Positions 48,744 through 58,253 of a stretch of DNA of 64,000 bases are shown piece by piece. Position 1 is the first letter of the stretch. Every line of letters starts with the position of its first letter. The notes under the pieces were generated by a model, which was given only the letters and a program-made list of their open reading frames with translations, ran no database searches and had not been told where the DNA came from. The stretch is taken from contig CBDBKE010000001.1 of NCBI GenBank assembly GCA_965206645.1, positions 96,001-160,000 of the forward strand, written 5' to 3'. Both the position numbers and the translations under genes were made by a program. The stretch is from Terriglobia bacterium (GTDB lineage Bacteria > Acidobacteriota > Terriglobia > JAJPHL01 > JAPKYU01).

Positions 48744-50144
48744 ATGAGCGCGGAAATCAAATTTGGGACTTCCGGATGGCGGGCCATCATTGCCGAGGAC
48801 TTCACCCTTGCCAACGTACGCCGCGCGGTGGCAGGCATTGCCCGGTACGTGGTGGAGCATCATCAGGACGGAGCGCCAGTGCTGATTGTAGGGCGCGATC
48901 CTCGCTTCCTGGGAGAGACCTGTGCGGAGTTAGCGGCTCAGGTGGCCTCCGGCTACGGCGTCCGCTGCCTGGTTGGTCGGCAGTCGGCGCCGACACCCGC
49001 TATTTCCTTCGAAATCCGGAACCGGGGCACCGACGGCGGCATTAACTTCACGGCCTCACATAACCCGCCTGAGTATAACGGGGTGAAATTTTCCACCTCC
49101 GACGGCGCGCCGGCCTTGCCCGAGGTGACCCACGAGGTGGAGCAACTGATTCAAGAGGGCGCAGCGCCGCGACCGGGTACCAGCCCCGGCTCCATTGAGC
49201 CGGTGGACTTGGACCGTGCCTACCTCGAAGACCTCCGCAGCAAGGTGGACCTGGAGGCGATCCGCAAGGCGGGCTTGAAGCTGGTCTTAGATCCGCTCTA
49301 CGGCGCCGCCCGTGGCTATGCGGACCGCTTGTTGCGGGACGCGGGTATTGCGGTGACCGTCCTGCATGACTGCCGCGACGTCCTCTTTGGCGGCCACCCT
49401 CCCGAGCCCGCCGACGAATACCTGGAAGAGCTGAAGCAAGCGATGGAGGAGACCGGGGCGCAGGTAGGCCTGGCCACCGACGGTGACGCTGACCGCTTCG
49501 GCATCATGGATGACGGCGGACACTTCATCTCGCCCAACTACATTGTCGGGCTCCTGTTTGACTACCTGGTGGAGACGCGCGGCTGGAAGCTGGGCGTGGC
49601 CAAAAGCGTGGCCACCACCAATCTGGTGAACGCGCTGTCGGAGCACCATCAGGTGCCACTCTATGAAACCCCGGTGGGCTTCAAATTCATCGGGGAGCTG
49701 ATCAAAGCGGATAAGATCGTGCTGGGCGGCGAGGAGAGCGCCGGGCTGTCCATCTATCGCCACGTTCCGGAAAAGGACGGCATCCTGGCCTGCCTGCTGA
49801 CGGCGGAGATGGTAGCGCGGCGCGGTGCTCCACTCCGCGAGCAGCTGGAGGAGCTGTTCCGCAAGGTCGGCGGCTTTTACCCGCAGCGGGTCAACTTCCG
49901 GTTGCCCGAGGAGGTTAAGGCGCGGTTCCTGAGCCGCCTCCAGCAGGACCCATCCAGCTTTGCTGGTCGCAAGGTGAAACAGATCGTGCGGCTGGACGGT
50001 TTGAAGCTGGTGCTGGAGGACGGTTCCTGGGCCTTGTTCCGCGTTTCGGGGACCGAGCCGGTCGTGCGCGTCTATGCGGAAGCTCGCGACCCTGCCGAGT
50101 TGAACGCGCTAGTCGAGGAGGGAAAAAAATTCGTATTCGCCTAG
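48744..50144 (+). CDS. Phosphoglucomutase/phosphomannomutase
   Basis: FGTSGWR, TASHNP, DGDADR, GGEESAG, RVSGTEP. Confidence 0.94.
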   Translation: MSAEIKFGTSGWRAIIAEDFTLANVRRAVAGIARYVVEHHQDGAPVLIVGRDPRFLGETCAELAAQVASGYGVRCLVGRQSAPTPAISFEIRNRGTDGGINFTASHNPPEYNGVKFSTSDGAPALPEVTHEVEQLIQEGAAPRPGTSPGSIEPVDLDRAYLEDLRSKVDLEAIRKAGLKLVLDPLYGAARGYADRLLRDAGIAVTVLHDCRDVLFGGHPPEPADEYLEELKQAMEETGAQVGLATDGDADRFGIMDDGGHFISPNYIVGLLFDYLVETRGWKLGVAKSVATTNLVNALSEHHQVPLYETPVGFKFIGELIKADKIVLGGEESAGLSIYRHVPEKDGILACLLTAEMVARRGAPLREQLEELFRKVGGFYPQRVNFRLPEEVKARFLSRLQQDPSSFAGRKVKQIVRLDGLKLVLEDGSWALFRVSGTEPVVRVYAEARDPAELNALVEEGKKFVFA

Positions 50145-50473
50145 TCACGCACCCGGGGCAGCGCTGGCGCTGGTTAGCCGGTGTCGGCGGCCTGTTGCTG
50201 CTGTTGCTGTGCGTCCATCAGATTGTGGGAGACCACGGACACCTCAAGATGCGCCAGCGACAGAAGGAGGTGCGGCAACTGGAGAGTGAAATCCACCACC
50301 TGCAGGGAGAGAACCAGCAACTGCAGCAACGCGTCCAGAGCTTGCGCAGCGACCCCGCCGCCATTGAACGCATCGCCCGCGAGGAGATGAAGCTGGCCCG
50401 ACCGGGCGAGATCATCTTTACCCTGCCGGCCCCGACGCCCCGCGAAGCCCGCGCCCTGCCGCCGGCCCGCTGA
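50129..50473 (+). CDS. ftsB: Septum formation initiator FtsB/DivIC (proposed ATT start; first canonical start is TTG 50195)
   Basis: Single TM, G..G, coiled coil, IERIAREEMKLARPGE. Confidence 0.8.
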   Translation: MRIRLVTHPGQRWRWLAGVGGLLLLLLCVHQIVGDHGHLKMRQRQKEVRQLESEIHHLQGENQQLQQRVQSLRSDPAAIERIAREEMKLARPGEIIFTLPAPTPREARALPPAR

Positions 50474-50754
50474 GTTCAGCGGTCTTCATTTCTTTCCTCA
50501 GTCACTTGCTTCCCCATCTTGTGGGGGATAGGCCGGTTGCGATTTGCTCCCTTTCGTGCCAGTCTAGTGCCGTTCTACGCAGAGGAAGGGACTGATACAA
50601 GATTGCATCGCTAACCACTGCCGGGACTGCTGCCGGTCGCCGGAATTCGCTCCGGACGGGCTATAGAAGCTGATGCACGACCTGCCTCAGCAAACGCTCT
50701 GAAGGACAACTTAACTTCCACGTAGTGCGTTGCTAAGCGCCGACAGGTAATGCG

Positions 50755-53388
50755 TTGCTAAGTGCCGAGTGCCGCCTGCGGACTGCCGACCAGAAGGTCA
50801 GCCGCGGCTATGGCTTCGCTTTCGCTGCCCTGATGTCCTCGGTGGCTGCTGTCTTCTGGCGCCACCTGTTCACTTCCGACGTCCTGTTCTTCCGGGACGT
50901 TACCTTCACCCACTTCCCTCGAGTGGTGGAGATGCGTGCACTGGTTCGGTCCGGTCTGCTGCCCCTGTGGAATCCGTTCGAGCACTTCGGCGAGTCGGTC
51001 GTTGTCAATCCCAATTATCTGTTGTTTTATCCCACCACTTGGCTGACTTGGGTCCTGCCGGCGGCGTACGGCTTCAAGCTGCACTTCGTGTTGCATTTCT
51101 TTTTACTGGCAGTTGGTGCATTTCTGCTGGCGCGGCGGGTCGGCCTCAAGCCATTTCCCTGCTATGTGGCCGGGGCGCTGTTCGTTTTCAGCGGGCCGGT
51201 AATGTCGCTGGGCAATTTCTATAACGTTCTGCCGGCCACCGCCTGGATGCCACTGGCGGTCCTGGCCGCCGATTACCAGATGCGCCGGGGCGGCTGGCGA
51301 GGCGCGGGACTCGTTGCGACTTGCCTGGCGCTCCAGGTGTTCGCTGGCTCACCCCTCATCAGCCTGGTCACCATTGCATTGGTGCTCGGCTGGGCTATCG
51401 CTTTCTATGGCGACTTTGCTGCCCCCTTTTGGGCTGCCGCCAACCGCCGGCTGTTCGGCCGCTTTCTGTGGGGCCTGATGCTGGCGGGCGGACTGGCGGC
51501 GGTGCAGGTGGTCCCGACACTGTGGCACCTGCACCATACCCAACGGGCGGGCCATTTCACCTATCAGCACAGTCTGTTCTGGTCGCTGCACCCACTGAAA
51601 TTTGTCGAGATGCTCTCTCCTCAGTTCTGGGGAGACCCGTTTCTCGATGAGGGACTGCCTTGGCTCTATCTGGAAGGACGCGAGCTGTATTTGTTTCCCT
51701 CGGTGTTCATTGGCGTAGTTCCGTTGGCTCTGGCGATGGTGGCGGTACTGGTTCGTACAGCGACAGGGGGCGAAGCCGCAACTGATGGCACCAGGGCCAC
51801 GCGTCTCTGGCTAGTGGTAGGCATGGTGTCGCTGGCCCTGGCCCTGGGACGCTTCACACCTTTTGGCCTAGTGTTCTACGACCTGATCCCTCTGTTCCGC
51901 ATCTTTCGCTTTCCAGTAAAGTTCCTGGTGCCGTTCACGTTGGCGGCGACACAACTTGCGGCGCTGGGTGTCCAGTATCTGCTGCACGGACGGACTGAGG
52001 GCGCTCATGCCCGCTGGCTACGTCGTCTGAGCGTTGGACTGCTGGCGATTGGGCTGGTTTGGCTAGTCCTGACCGCCATCCCAGTCTTCTGGCCGGGCCC
52101 GGCACGGGCCCTGGCGGGCTGGCTGACGGCGCTGAAGTTTGATCACAGCCACGCCCTACACATTCGCCAGACCTTGGGGGTGGATCGGACCGAACTGCTG
52201 GCGCGCGCCACCGACTGGTTGGTGCGAGTCATTCCCGCCCGGCTTCCTGGCGTGCTGGGGGTAGCCCTGCTGATGGCCTGTGTCTTGAGCGGTAGGCTTC
52301 GCGAGTCCTTGCGCCGACGGCTCGTACTGGTGGTGGCCACTGCTGGGATTCTTCATTTGGTTTCCGGCCACCACACGCTGAACCCGCTGGCGGACCGCCG
52401 CTTGTTCGGGGACACACCACCGGCCATGCGCTACCTGGAACCCACCCACCCGCCGGCGAGTGTGCCCGCAGTTCAGCCCCCGCCGCGCGTCTTTGTAGAG
52501 TCTCCCTATTTGCCCCGTGGCAAGATGCTGGCGGACCTGGCGGCAGTGGATTTTTTGCCCCCAGCAGCGCAAGGCCTCTACACCTCCCGCTTAAGCCTGC
52601 AAGCTGGCACAGGCCTGCTGGGTGTGGAGAACACGTTCACGAATGACCCGGAGCGCATCTTGCCGCGGCCACAACAGTCCCTTATCCACCGGGTATACTG
52701 GCAGGGGCTATCCGGCGAGCCACTGGTGCGCCTGCTGCGCCTCGGCAGCGTGGACTATGCGTTGCTGAAGGGCCTCCCGTCGGCGGCGGGTTTGGAGTGG
52801 ATTGGCTCGGCCTCGAACGCGACGACCCTGCCTGTCCGGGTCTATCGGGTTCGCGATGCACTTCCGCGGGCGTACCTAGTTCGGGAGCCGATCTTTCTTG
52901 CGCGGGGGCAACCAACGATCGCCCGGCTGCTTTCGCCCGATCATGATCCTGCGCGACAGGTTGTGCTCGAGCCCTCCGATCCGGAACGCGCCCACGTGGC
53001 GGAGCCGGTCGGCCAGGCCGGCCCCGCTCTACAGCCTTCGGGAGAAGCCAGGCTGTTGCGCCGCGATGCCCTGCACGTAGAAGTCGCGGCCACTACCTCG
53101 GTTCCGGCCTATTTGGTGCTCACCGACAGCTACCACCCTGACTGGCAGGTCACGCTCAATGGAAAACCGGCCCCGCTGCTGCGCGCGAATCAGATGTTCC
53201 GTGCGGTGGCGCTGCCTCCCGGCACGCATCGCGTCGTCTTCCGCTACCAGCCGTTGTCATTGCAGTGGGGCGCCGCGGTCACATTGATGACGGCGCTGGC
53301 CATCGGATTGTTCGCTTGGCGCCGGCCGGGTCGACGAAATATGCCGGGTGAGGCAGTCAGTGGGAAAGGGCAAGGGAATTCGCGCTAG
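50755..53388 (+). CDS. YfhO-family polytopic membrane protein (GT-C-like)
   Basis: LPLWNP...G, F.IFRFP.KF, LPRAY, LVLTDSYHPDW...RAN..FRAVALPPG.H.V.F.Y. Confidence 0.8.
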   Translation: MLSAECRLRTADQKVSRGYGFAFAALMSSVAAVFWRHLFTSDVLFFRDVTFTHFPRVVEMRALVRSGLLPLWNPFEHFGESVVVNPNYLLFYPTTWLTWVLPAAYGFKLHFVLHFFLLAVGAFLLARRVGLKPFPCYVAGALFVFSGPVMSLGNFYNVLPATAWMPLAVLAADYQMRRGGWRGAGLVATCLALQVFAGSPLISLVTIALVLGWAIAFYGDFAAPFWAAANRRLFGRFLWGLMLAGGLAAVQVVPTLWHLHHTQRAGHFTYQHSLFWSLHPLKFVEMLSPQFWGDPFLDEGLPWLYLEGRELYLFPSVFIGVVPLALAMVAVLVRTATGGEAATDGTRATRLWLVVGMVSLALALGRFTPFGLVFYDLIPLFRIFRFPVKFLVPFTLAATQLAALGVQYLLHGRTEGAHARWLRRLSVGLLAIGLVWLVLTAIPVFWPGPARALAGWLTALKFDHSHALHIRQTLGVDRTELLARATDWLVRVIPARLPGVLGVALLMACVLSGRLRESLRRRLVLVVATAGILHLVSGHHTLNPLADRRLFGDTPPAMRYLEPTHPPASVPAVQPPPRVFVESPYLPRGKMLADLAAVDFLPPAAQGLYTSRLSLQAGTGLLGVENTFTNDPERILPRPQQSLIHRVYWQGLSGEPLVRLLRLGSVDYALLKGLPSAAGLEWIGSASNATTLPVRVYRVRDALPRAYLVREPIFLARGQPTIARLLSPDHDPARQVVLEPSDPERAHVAEPVGQAGPALQPSGEARLLRRDALHVEVAATTSVPAYLVLTDSYHPDWQVTLNGKPAPLLRANQMFRAVALPPGTHRVVFRYQPLSLQWGAAVTLMTALAIGLFAWRRPGRRNMPGEAVSGKGQGNSR

Positions 53389-53396
53389 GATTTGTT

Positions 53397-54881
53397 TTGG
53401 AATTGCAGGAAAACGTCCGCTCCGCGATACTGGGGGATGTGAGCAGCGGGACCTTGGACATCAGGCCTCGGCCACTGTTAGTGCTGTTTCTGTGTGGCTT
53501 CCTGTTTCTTTTGTACAACTCCAATCTCCGCAAGCTCTCTACTGGCGATACAATTCCCACTCGCCTTCTTCCTTTTAGTCTGCTGGTGGATGGGTCCTTC
53601 TACCTGGATAAGTGGGTCGAGCCCCATCTGGAGCGTGGGCTCCTTTATGGCCCCTACTTTGCAACCGAATCCCGCGGCCATTGGATGTCGAGCTACCCGA
53701 TCCTGACCTCGCTAGTCATTACACCGCTTTACGTCGTACCTGCGTGGTGGCTCTCCCATCAACCCGATGCTGTGCCCGCTTCCACGATCTCGCTGATCGC
53801 GGACACGATGGAGAAACTCAGCGCGGGGTTGATTGCCGCCTTATCGGCGGGAGTGCTGTATCTGGCCCTGGGGAGGGTCGTCTTGCCCTCGGGCAACTTG
53901 CTGATCGCTCTGACTTACGGGATGGCCAGCAGCACCTGGAGCATCTCCAGCCAGGCTCTGTGGACCCACGGGCTGACGCAATTGGCCTTTGCGTTCCTGT
54001 TGTGGGCGCTGTTGCGCGATCCAGCGTCTTGGAACTATGGATTCTGGGTTGGCCTGGCGCTGGCGGTCGCGGTGGCCAATAGGCCCCCGAACGCACTGCT
54101 CTTGCTGGCCGTGTTGGCTTACTTCGTTCGCCATCAGCGCAACAGGCTGGTGCTCCTGTTCGCGCCATTGTTCATCTTCGGCTTCTTGGTGCTTGCTTAC
54201 AACCTGTACTTTTTTGGCAATCTGTTCGGAGCGTATTCTTCGGCTCACCGTATCATGGGTTACAGCGGCGTCTTAGATGCCTTTTCCGGCTCTCTGGGGA
54301 ACGGTGCAGCCGGCCTGCTGATGAGCCCAAACAGGGGGCTGTTTACTTTCATGCCCTGGACGGTTTTCGCACTCTGGGGCGCGGTGCGGTTCTGGAAACA
54401 TAACAGGTTCGGTTGGGAACCGTACGTCATCGCGGGCGTGGCCGGCACCTTTATCTTTTACGCGGGGTACGATCGCTGGTGGGGCGGCTGGTGTTTCGGT
54501 CCTCGCTACCTTACCGATTTGCTGCCCTTCCTGGCGTTTTTCTTGGTTCCGGTTTGGCCTCGGATTCGGGCTGCTCCGCTGCTACAGGTTGCTTTTACGC
54601 TGGCGATCGTGGTGGCCGTATGGGTGCAGGTGGTCGGTGTGTACCACTATCCAAGTGGACGGTGGGACATCCAACCGCTCAATGTAGATATGCATCCAGA
54701 ACGCGTCTGGGACTGGCCGGACACGACAATTTCCCGCAACTGGCGGGAGGGTCCGGCAGCCCCCGATCTGTATTTACGATGGTACCTGTATTTGGCCAAG
54801 CCGGCGCTACACGAGCCGGCTGTGGGGAAATCCCCAGGCTCGGGCCCCAGGAGCCGCATGCTGACTCGCCCGGCTCCCTAG
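53397..54881 (+). CDS. Polytopic membrane protein, probable GT-C glycosyltransferase
   Basis: GDTIP loop, SQALW.HG, SPNRGLF..PW, WWGGWCFGPRYL. Confidence 0.7.
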   Translation: MELQENVRSAILGDVSSGTLDIRPRPLLVLFLCGFLFLLYNSNLRKLSTGDTIPTRLLPFSLLVDGSFYLDKWVEPHLERGLLYGPYFATESRGHWMSSYPILTSLVITPLYVVPAWWLSHQPDAVPASTISLIADTMEKLSAGLIAALSAGVLYLALGRVVLPSGNLLIALTYGMASSTWSISSQALWTHGLTQLAFAFLLWALLRDPASWNYGFWVGLALAVAVANRPPNALLLLAVLAYFVRHQRNRLVLLFAPLFIFGFLVLAYNLYFFGNLFGAYSSAHRIMGYSGVLDAFSGSLGNGAAGLLMSPNRGLFTFMPWTVFALWGAVRFWKHNRFGWEPYVIAGVAGTFIFYAGYDRWWGGWCFGPRYLTDLLPFLAFFLVPVWPRIRAAPLLQVAFTLAIVVAVWVQVVGVYHYPSGRWDIQPLNVDMHPERVWDWPDTTISRNWREGPAAPDLYLRWYLYLAKPALHEPAVGKSPGSGPRSRMLTRPAP

Positions 54882-54906
54882 CTTCAATCGTTTCTCGTCA
54901 ATCGCG

Positions 54907-55155
54907 TCACTGCCTGTCGCATGACCGCTGGGTAAGACTCGGAATTCCACCGAAATCGCTGGTGGACATTTTCTTTCCCCTCGAGCCGCGAGCCTCCCGG
55001 CATGCCTTCACGAATGCCGCCGCAAGAACAACTACAATAAGCCAGCCTTGCCACGAACTCGCTCGCCATTCGTTTGCGAAATACCACGGAAATCCACCGG
55101 ACCAGAATGTATAAACACCAAATGAAAACACGCCACTTGACACATAATACGCCAG
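54907..55155 (-). pseudogene. 3' remnant of a membrane protein gene truncated by the IS
   Basis: Hydrophobic open frame LAYYVSSGVFSFGVYTFWSGGFPWYFANEW... runs up to the IS end. Confidence 0.5.
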
Positions 55156-56417
55156 TGACCTGCCCCCGGTTATTGGTCCACCTTCCATGGTAGTCCATAC
55201 GCCGTTGCAGCCGGGTGGAGCGGAGCGGAACCCGGCGGTAACGGCAGGATCACTTCCGGGGCTGGCGGCCGGTAGCCCAACGCGCTGTGCGGGCGAACTC
55301 TGTTATACTCCCGCCGCCATCCCTCAATCAACACCTTCGCTTCCCGCAAGGTGTAAAAGATCTCTCCATTCAGAAACTCGTCTCGAAACTTCCCGTTAAA
55401 CGATTCCACATACCCGTTTTCCCAGGGGCTCGCAGGCTCGATGAACAGGGTTTTCACCCCGACCCGTTCCAGCCAGTCCCGTACCAACCGAGCGGTGAAC
55501 TCGGACCCATTATCCGAGCGAAGGTAATCGGGAACTCCCCGCTCCACAAACAAGGCTGCTAGCCGTTCCAAAACACTCATCGAATCGGCTCGCCGTTCTA
55601 CGTCGATCGCCAAACACTCTCGCGTGTATTCATCCACCACCGTCAAGATCTTCAGTGGACGACCATCGTGGGTTCGATCTGCCACAAAATCGTACGCCCA
55701 GACATGATCCTGCCAGCACGGTCTTAACCGAAGGCACGACCCATCGTTCAACCACAGCCGGCCTCTGCGGGGCTGTTTCTTCGGCACTTTCAGTCCCTCC
55801 TGCCGCCAGATTCTCTCTACCCGCTTGTGGTTCACCCGCCACCCCTCCCGGCGCAACAGCGCCGTGATCCGCCGATAGCCATAACGGCCGTACTCGCCGG
55901 CTAACTGCAGCGTCCGAGTTGCCAGGCTCGGTTCATCCTGTGGCGCCAAGGTTCGATGCCGTTGCGTGGATCGATTCTGTCCTACCACCCGACACGCCCG
56001 CCGCTCCGACACCCCCATGGCTTGGCAGACATGCTTCACTGCCTGCCGCCGTCGGGGCGGGCTCAGAAGTTTCCCGAGGATGTCTCCTTCAGAATCGCAA
56101 GGTCCAACGCCTGATCTGCTACCAACTTCTTCAGTCGGCCATTCTCCCCTTCCAGTTCCTTCAGACGCCTCACCTGATCCACTCGTAAGCTCCCGTACTC
56201 CTTCCGCCATCGGTAATAGGTCTGCTCCGTAATTCCCAACTTCCGACAGACCCCTCCCGTTGTCTGGCCCTTGGCCAGCTCCACTTCCGCCTCTCGTAGA
56301 TGTCGGATGATCTGTTCGGCTGGATATCGCTTCTTCGGCATTCCTCCCCCCTTCCATGTCCAGTCCGTACCCTAACCTCTAACTTATCAACTGGACCGAT
56401 TGAAGGGGGGCAGGTCA
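55156..56417 (-). mobile_element. IS3-family insertion sequence
   Basis: IRs TGACCTGCCCCCGGTTATTGGTCCA / TGACCTGCCCCCCTTCAATCGGTCCA; orfA plus orfB; no target duplication seen. Confidence 0.93.
55170..56341 (-). CDS. IS3-family transposase OrfA (56063-56341) / OrfB via -1 frameshift at GGGAAAC 56069-56075
   Basis: HTH TYYRWRKEYG; DDE motifs WAYDF, SDNGSEF, ESFNG. Confidence 0.92.
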
Positions 56418-56562
56418 TCGCTTAGACACATACGCCAGCCGCCCTGTCGCGACTGTGTTGCGACTGTCACGGTTTGGCCGGGGACACGCATGCTACGCCC
56501 CGCCTGCGGGCAAGTCAACGTGGCGCCGCGTCCGGCTTCCAGCGTGGTTTCCCGAACTTCAG

Positions 56563-57018
56563 CTACTGCTTGACTGCAGTCCCCTGGACTTCGAAATGGC
56601 CCCCAAGCAGCAACGACGCCACTCCGATGAAAGCTCGCGATGGGAAATTCTTGTTGAAATATGTGCGATACACAGCGTTGAACCTGGCGTAAAGGGAGAG
56701 GTCAGTGCAGAAGACCTGCACGGAGACGAGATTCTCCATCGTCATATCAGCTTTAGCCAGGGTCGCTTTCATTTCATCAAGGGCGAGGCGGACCTCTTGT
56801 TCGAGATCATCGGGGACCTTGCCAGTCTTAGGATCGACACCGAGAGTGCCGGCAAGGTACAGGGCGTTTCCTACCATGACGCCGTTGCTAAATGGCAATT
56901 GGTCCGTACGGTCGGAAAAATTAATGTAGCGGCGCTCAACGGTTTGGCCTTGCAGCAAGACTGTCCCAGTTAAAAGCCACATCGAAATTCCGAAGGCAAA
57001 AACCTTCCTGGATGTCAT
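56563..57018 (-). CDS. RidA/YjgF-family protein with signal peptide
   Basis: LPFS, FNAVYRTYF...PSRAFIGV..LL.G..FEV; hydrophobic N-terminus; SD GGAGGAG. Confidence 0.85.
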   Translation of the reverse strand: MTSRKVFAFGISMWLLTGTVLLQGQTVERRYINFSDRTDQLPFSNGVMVGNALYLAGTLGVDPKTGKVPDDLEQEVRLALDEMKATLAKADMTMENLVSVQVFCTDLSLYARFNAVYRTYFNKNFPSRAFIGVASLLLGGHFEVQGTAVKQ

Positions 57019-57074
57019 CGTTTCTCCTCCATATTAAATGTTGTGCGTCTGTCGAGTTTATTTAGCGTGCTTCG

Positions 57075-58085
57075 CTAATGTGGAATCCGGATCTTAGCCA
57101 GATAGATGCTGGTCTTGGCTTCGTGGGAGGAATAGTAGCTCATCCACAGCAGATTATTGTGCCACACCAGTCCCGGATAGCTGGTGTCTCCACCGCTCGG
57201 CAACGTGAGCACCGGCTCATAACTGTTGCGAGTCATTCTCGCCAAGACGGTGGTTGTTGTGCCGTCGGGGTGATACCTCCGACCCGCCGCCCAAAGACTG
57301 CCGTCGGGAAGCCGTATGAAATTGGGGCCTCCGATGCGGAGCTTCATCTTGTGGAACGTCCACTGCTTATACGGCGGCTGACTGGTTCCAATCCACGAGG
57401 GTCGCACAAGGGCAATCAGCTCCCCGTTAGGCAGAAACCGGAGAGTCGTTTCGCTGATCCGATCGACCTCAAGCTCCGTGATCCACTGCCAGCGAAGACC
57501 ATCGGTACTTAAATACAAGAATCCTCGCCTCGGTTTGCTTCCTTCGTTGAGTTTCGAGACGCTGTAGGCGAGGCCTTTGTGCCACGTCACCCGCCACAAC
57601 CAGTGGTCTTCCGCCAGCACCCGCTGAGGGGGTGTCCATTCCCGTCCGTCTCGCGAAAAGGCCACCCGTGGAGCACGTGTCTGATAGACAGTTCCGTCGT
57701 AAACGGTGCCGCCGGCAACCATCATGAGCCGGCCGTCAGGCATGATCGAGAGTTTTGGATCTCGCAGGTCAATCCCTTCTTCCACGAGGAGCGCCGCGGA
57801 TTCCCACTTTCCCCCATCTCTCGACGTTAGGACCCGCAACTTTCCAATTGACCCGCCGTGTGACTCTGCCTCGCGGAATATACAGTACCAGCGGTTCTGA
57901 AATCGAATCAGGTCGGTGAAGGCACTGTGGGGTGCACGATCCCAAATTTTTCGGACGGAGATGATCTCAGGCTGATCTGTTGCCTCGGTCGCCCGAGTGC
58001 GATGACTGCCCCACAACACTACTCCTGCAAGAAGAGTACCCGTCAATACTACGAACCGAGCACGTTGGGCTCTGCCAGGAAACAT
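57075..58085 (-). CDS. Exported BNR/sialidase-like beta-propeller protein
   Basis: Asp-boxes SRDGGKW, SRDGREW, STDGLRW; HSAFTDL, DLRDP, GDTSYPG. Confidence 0.75.
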   Translation of the reverse strand: MFPGRAQRARFVVLTGTLLAGVVLWGSHRTRATEATDQPEIISVRKIWDRAPHSAFTDLIRFQNRWYCIFREAESHGGSIGKLRVLTSRDGGKWESAALLVEEGIDLRDPKLSIMPDGRLMMVAGGTVYDGTVYQTRAPRVAFSRDGREWTPPQRVLAEDHWLWRVTWHKGLAYSVSKLNEGSKPRRGFLYLSTDGLRWQWITELEVDRISETTLRFLPNGELIALVRPSWIGTSQPPYKQWTFHKMKLRIGGPNFIRLPDGSLWAAGRRYHPDGTTTTVLARMTRNSYEPVLTLPSGGDTSYPGLVWHNNLLWMSYYSSHEAKTSIYLAKIRIPH

Positions 58086-58253
58086 TTTCACTTCGGTTCG
58101 TCCTTTCAGCGCGTGACGCAAGGGTGGCCTCTCGACCCCCACACTACACCAGGATCGAGCTTCCCCAGACCCATACGCCAGCCGCCCTGTCCACTCAAGC
58201 TCAGATCTGGAGAGCGATTCGGCCCGCGTGTTCAACGGGCAGGCTTTCAACGT

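Noticed and set aside
50474-50754. Possible ncRNA in long intergenic regions (also 4440-4870, 7170-7465, 46481-46694)
   Set aside because: Only short hairpins; no tRNA, riboswitch or known ncRNA signature recognisable by eye. An Rfam scan would be needed
55137-55155. cttgacacataatacgccag resembling cttagacacatacgccag at 56421 as a target duplication
   Set aside because: Imperfect, not flush with the right IS end, and much longer than IS3 duplications; probably chance
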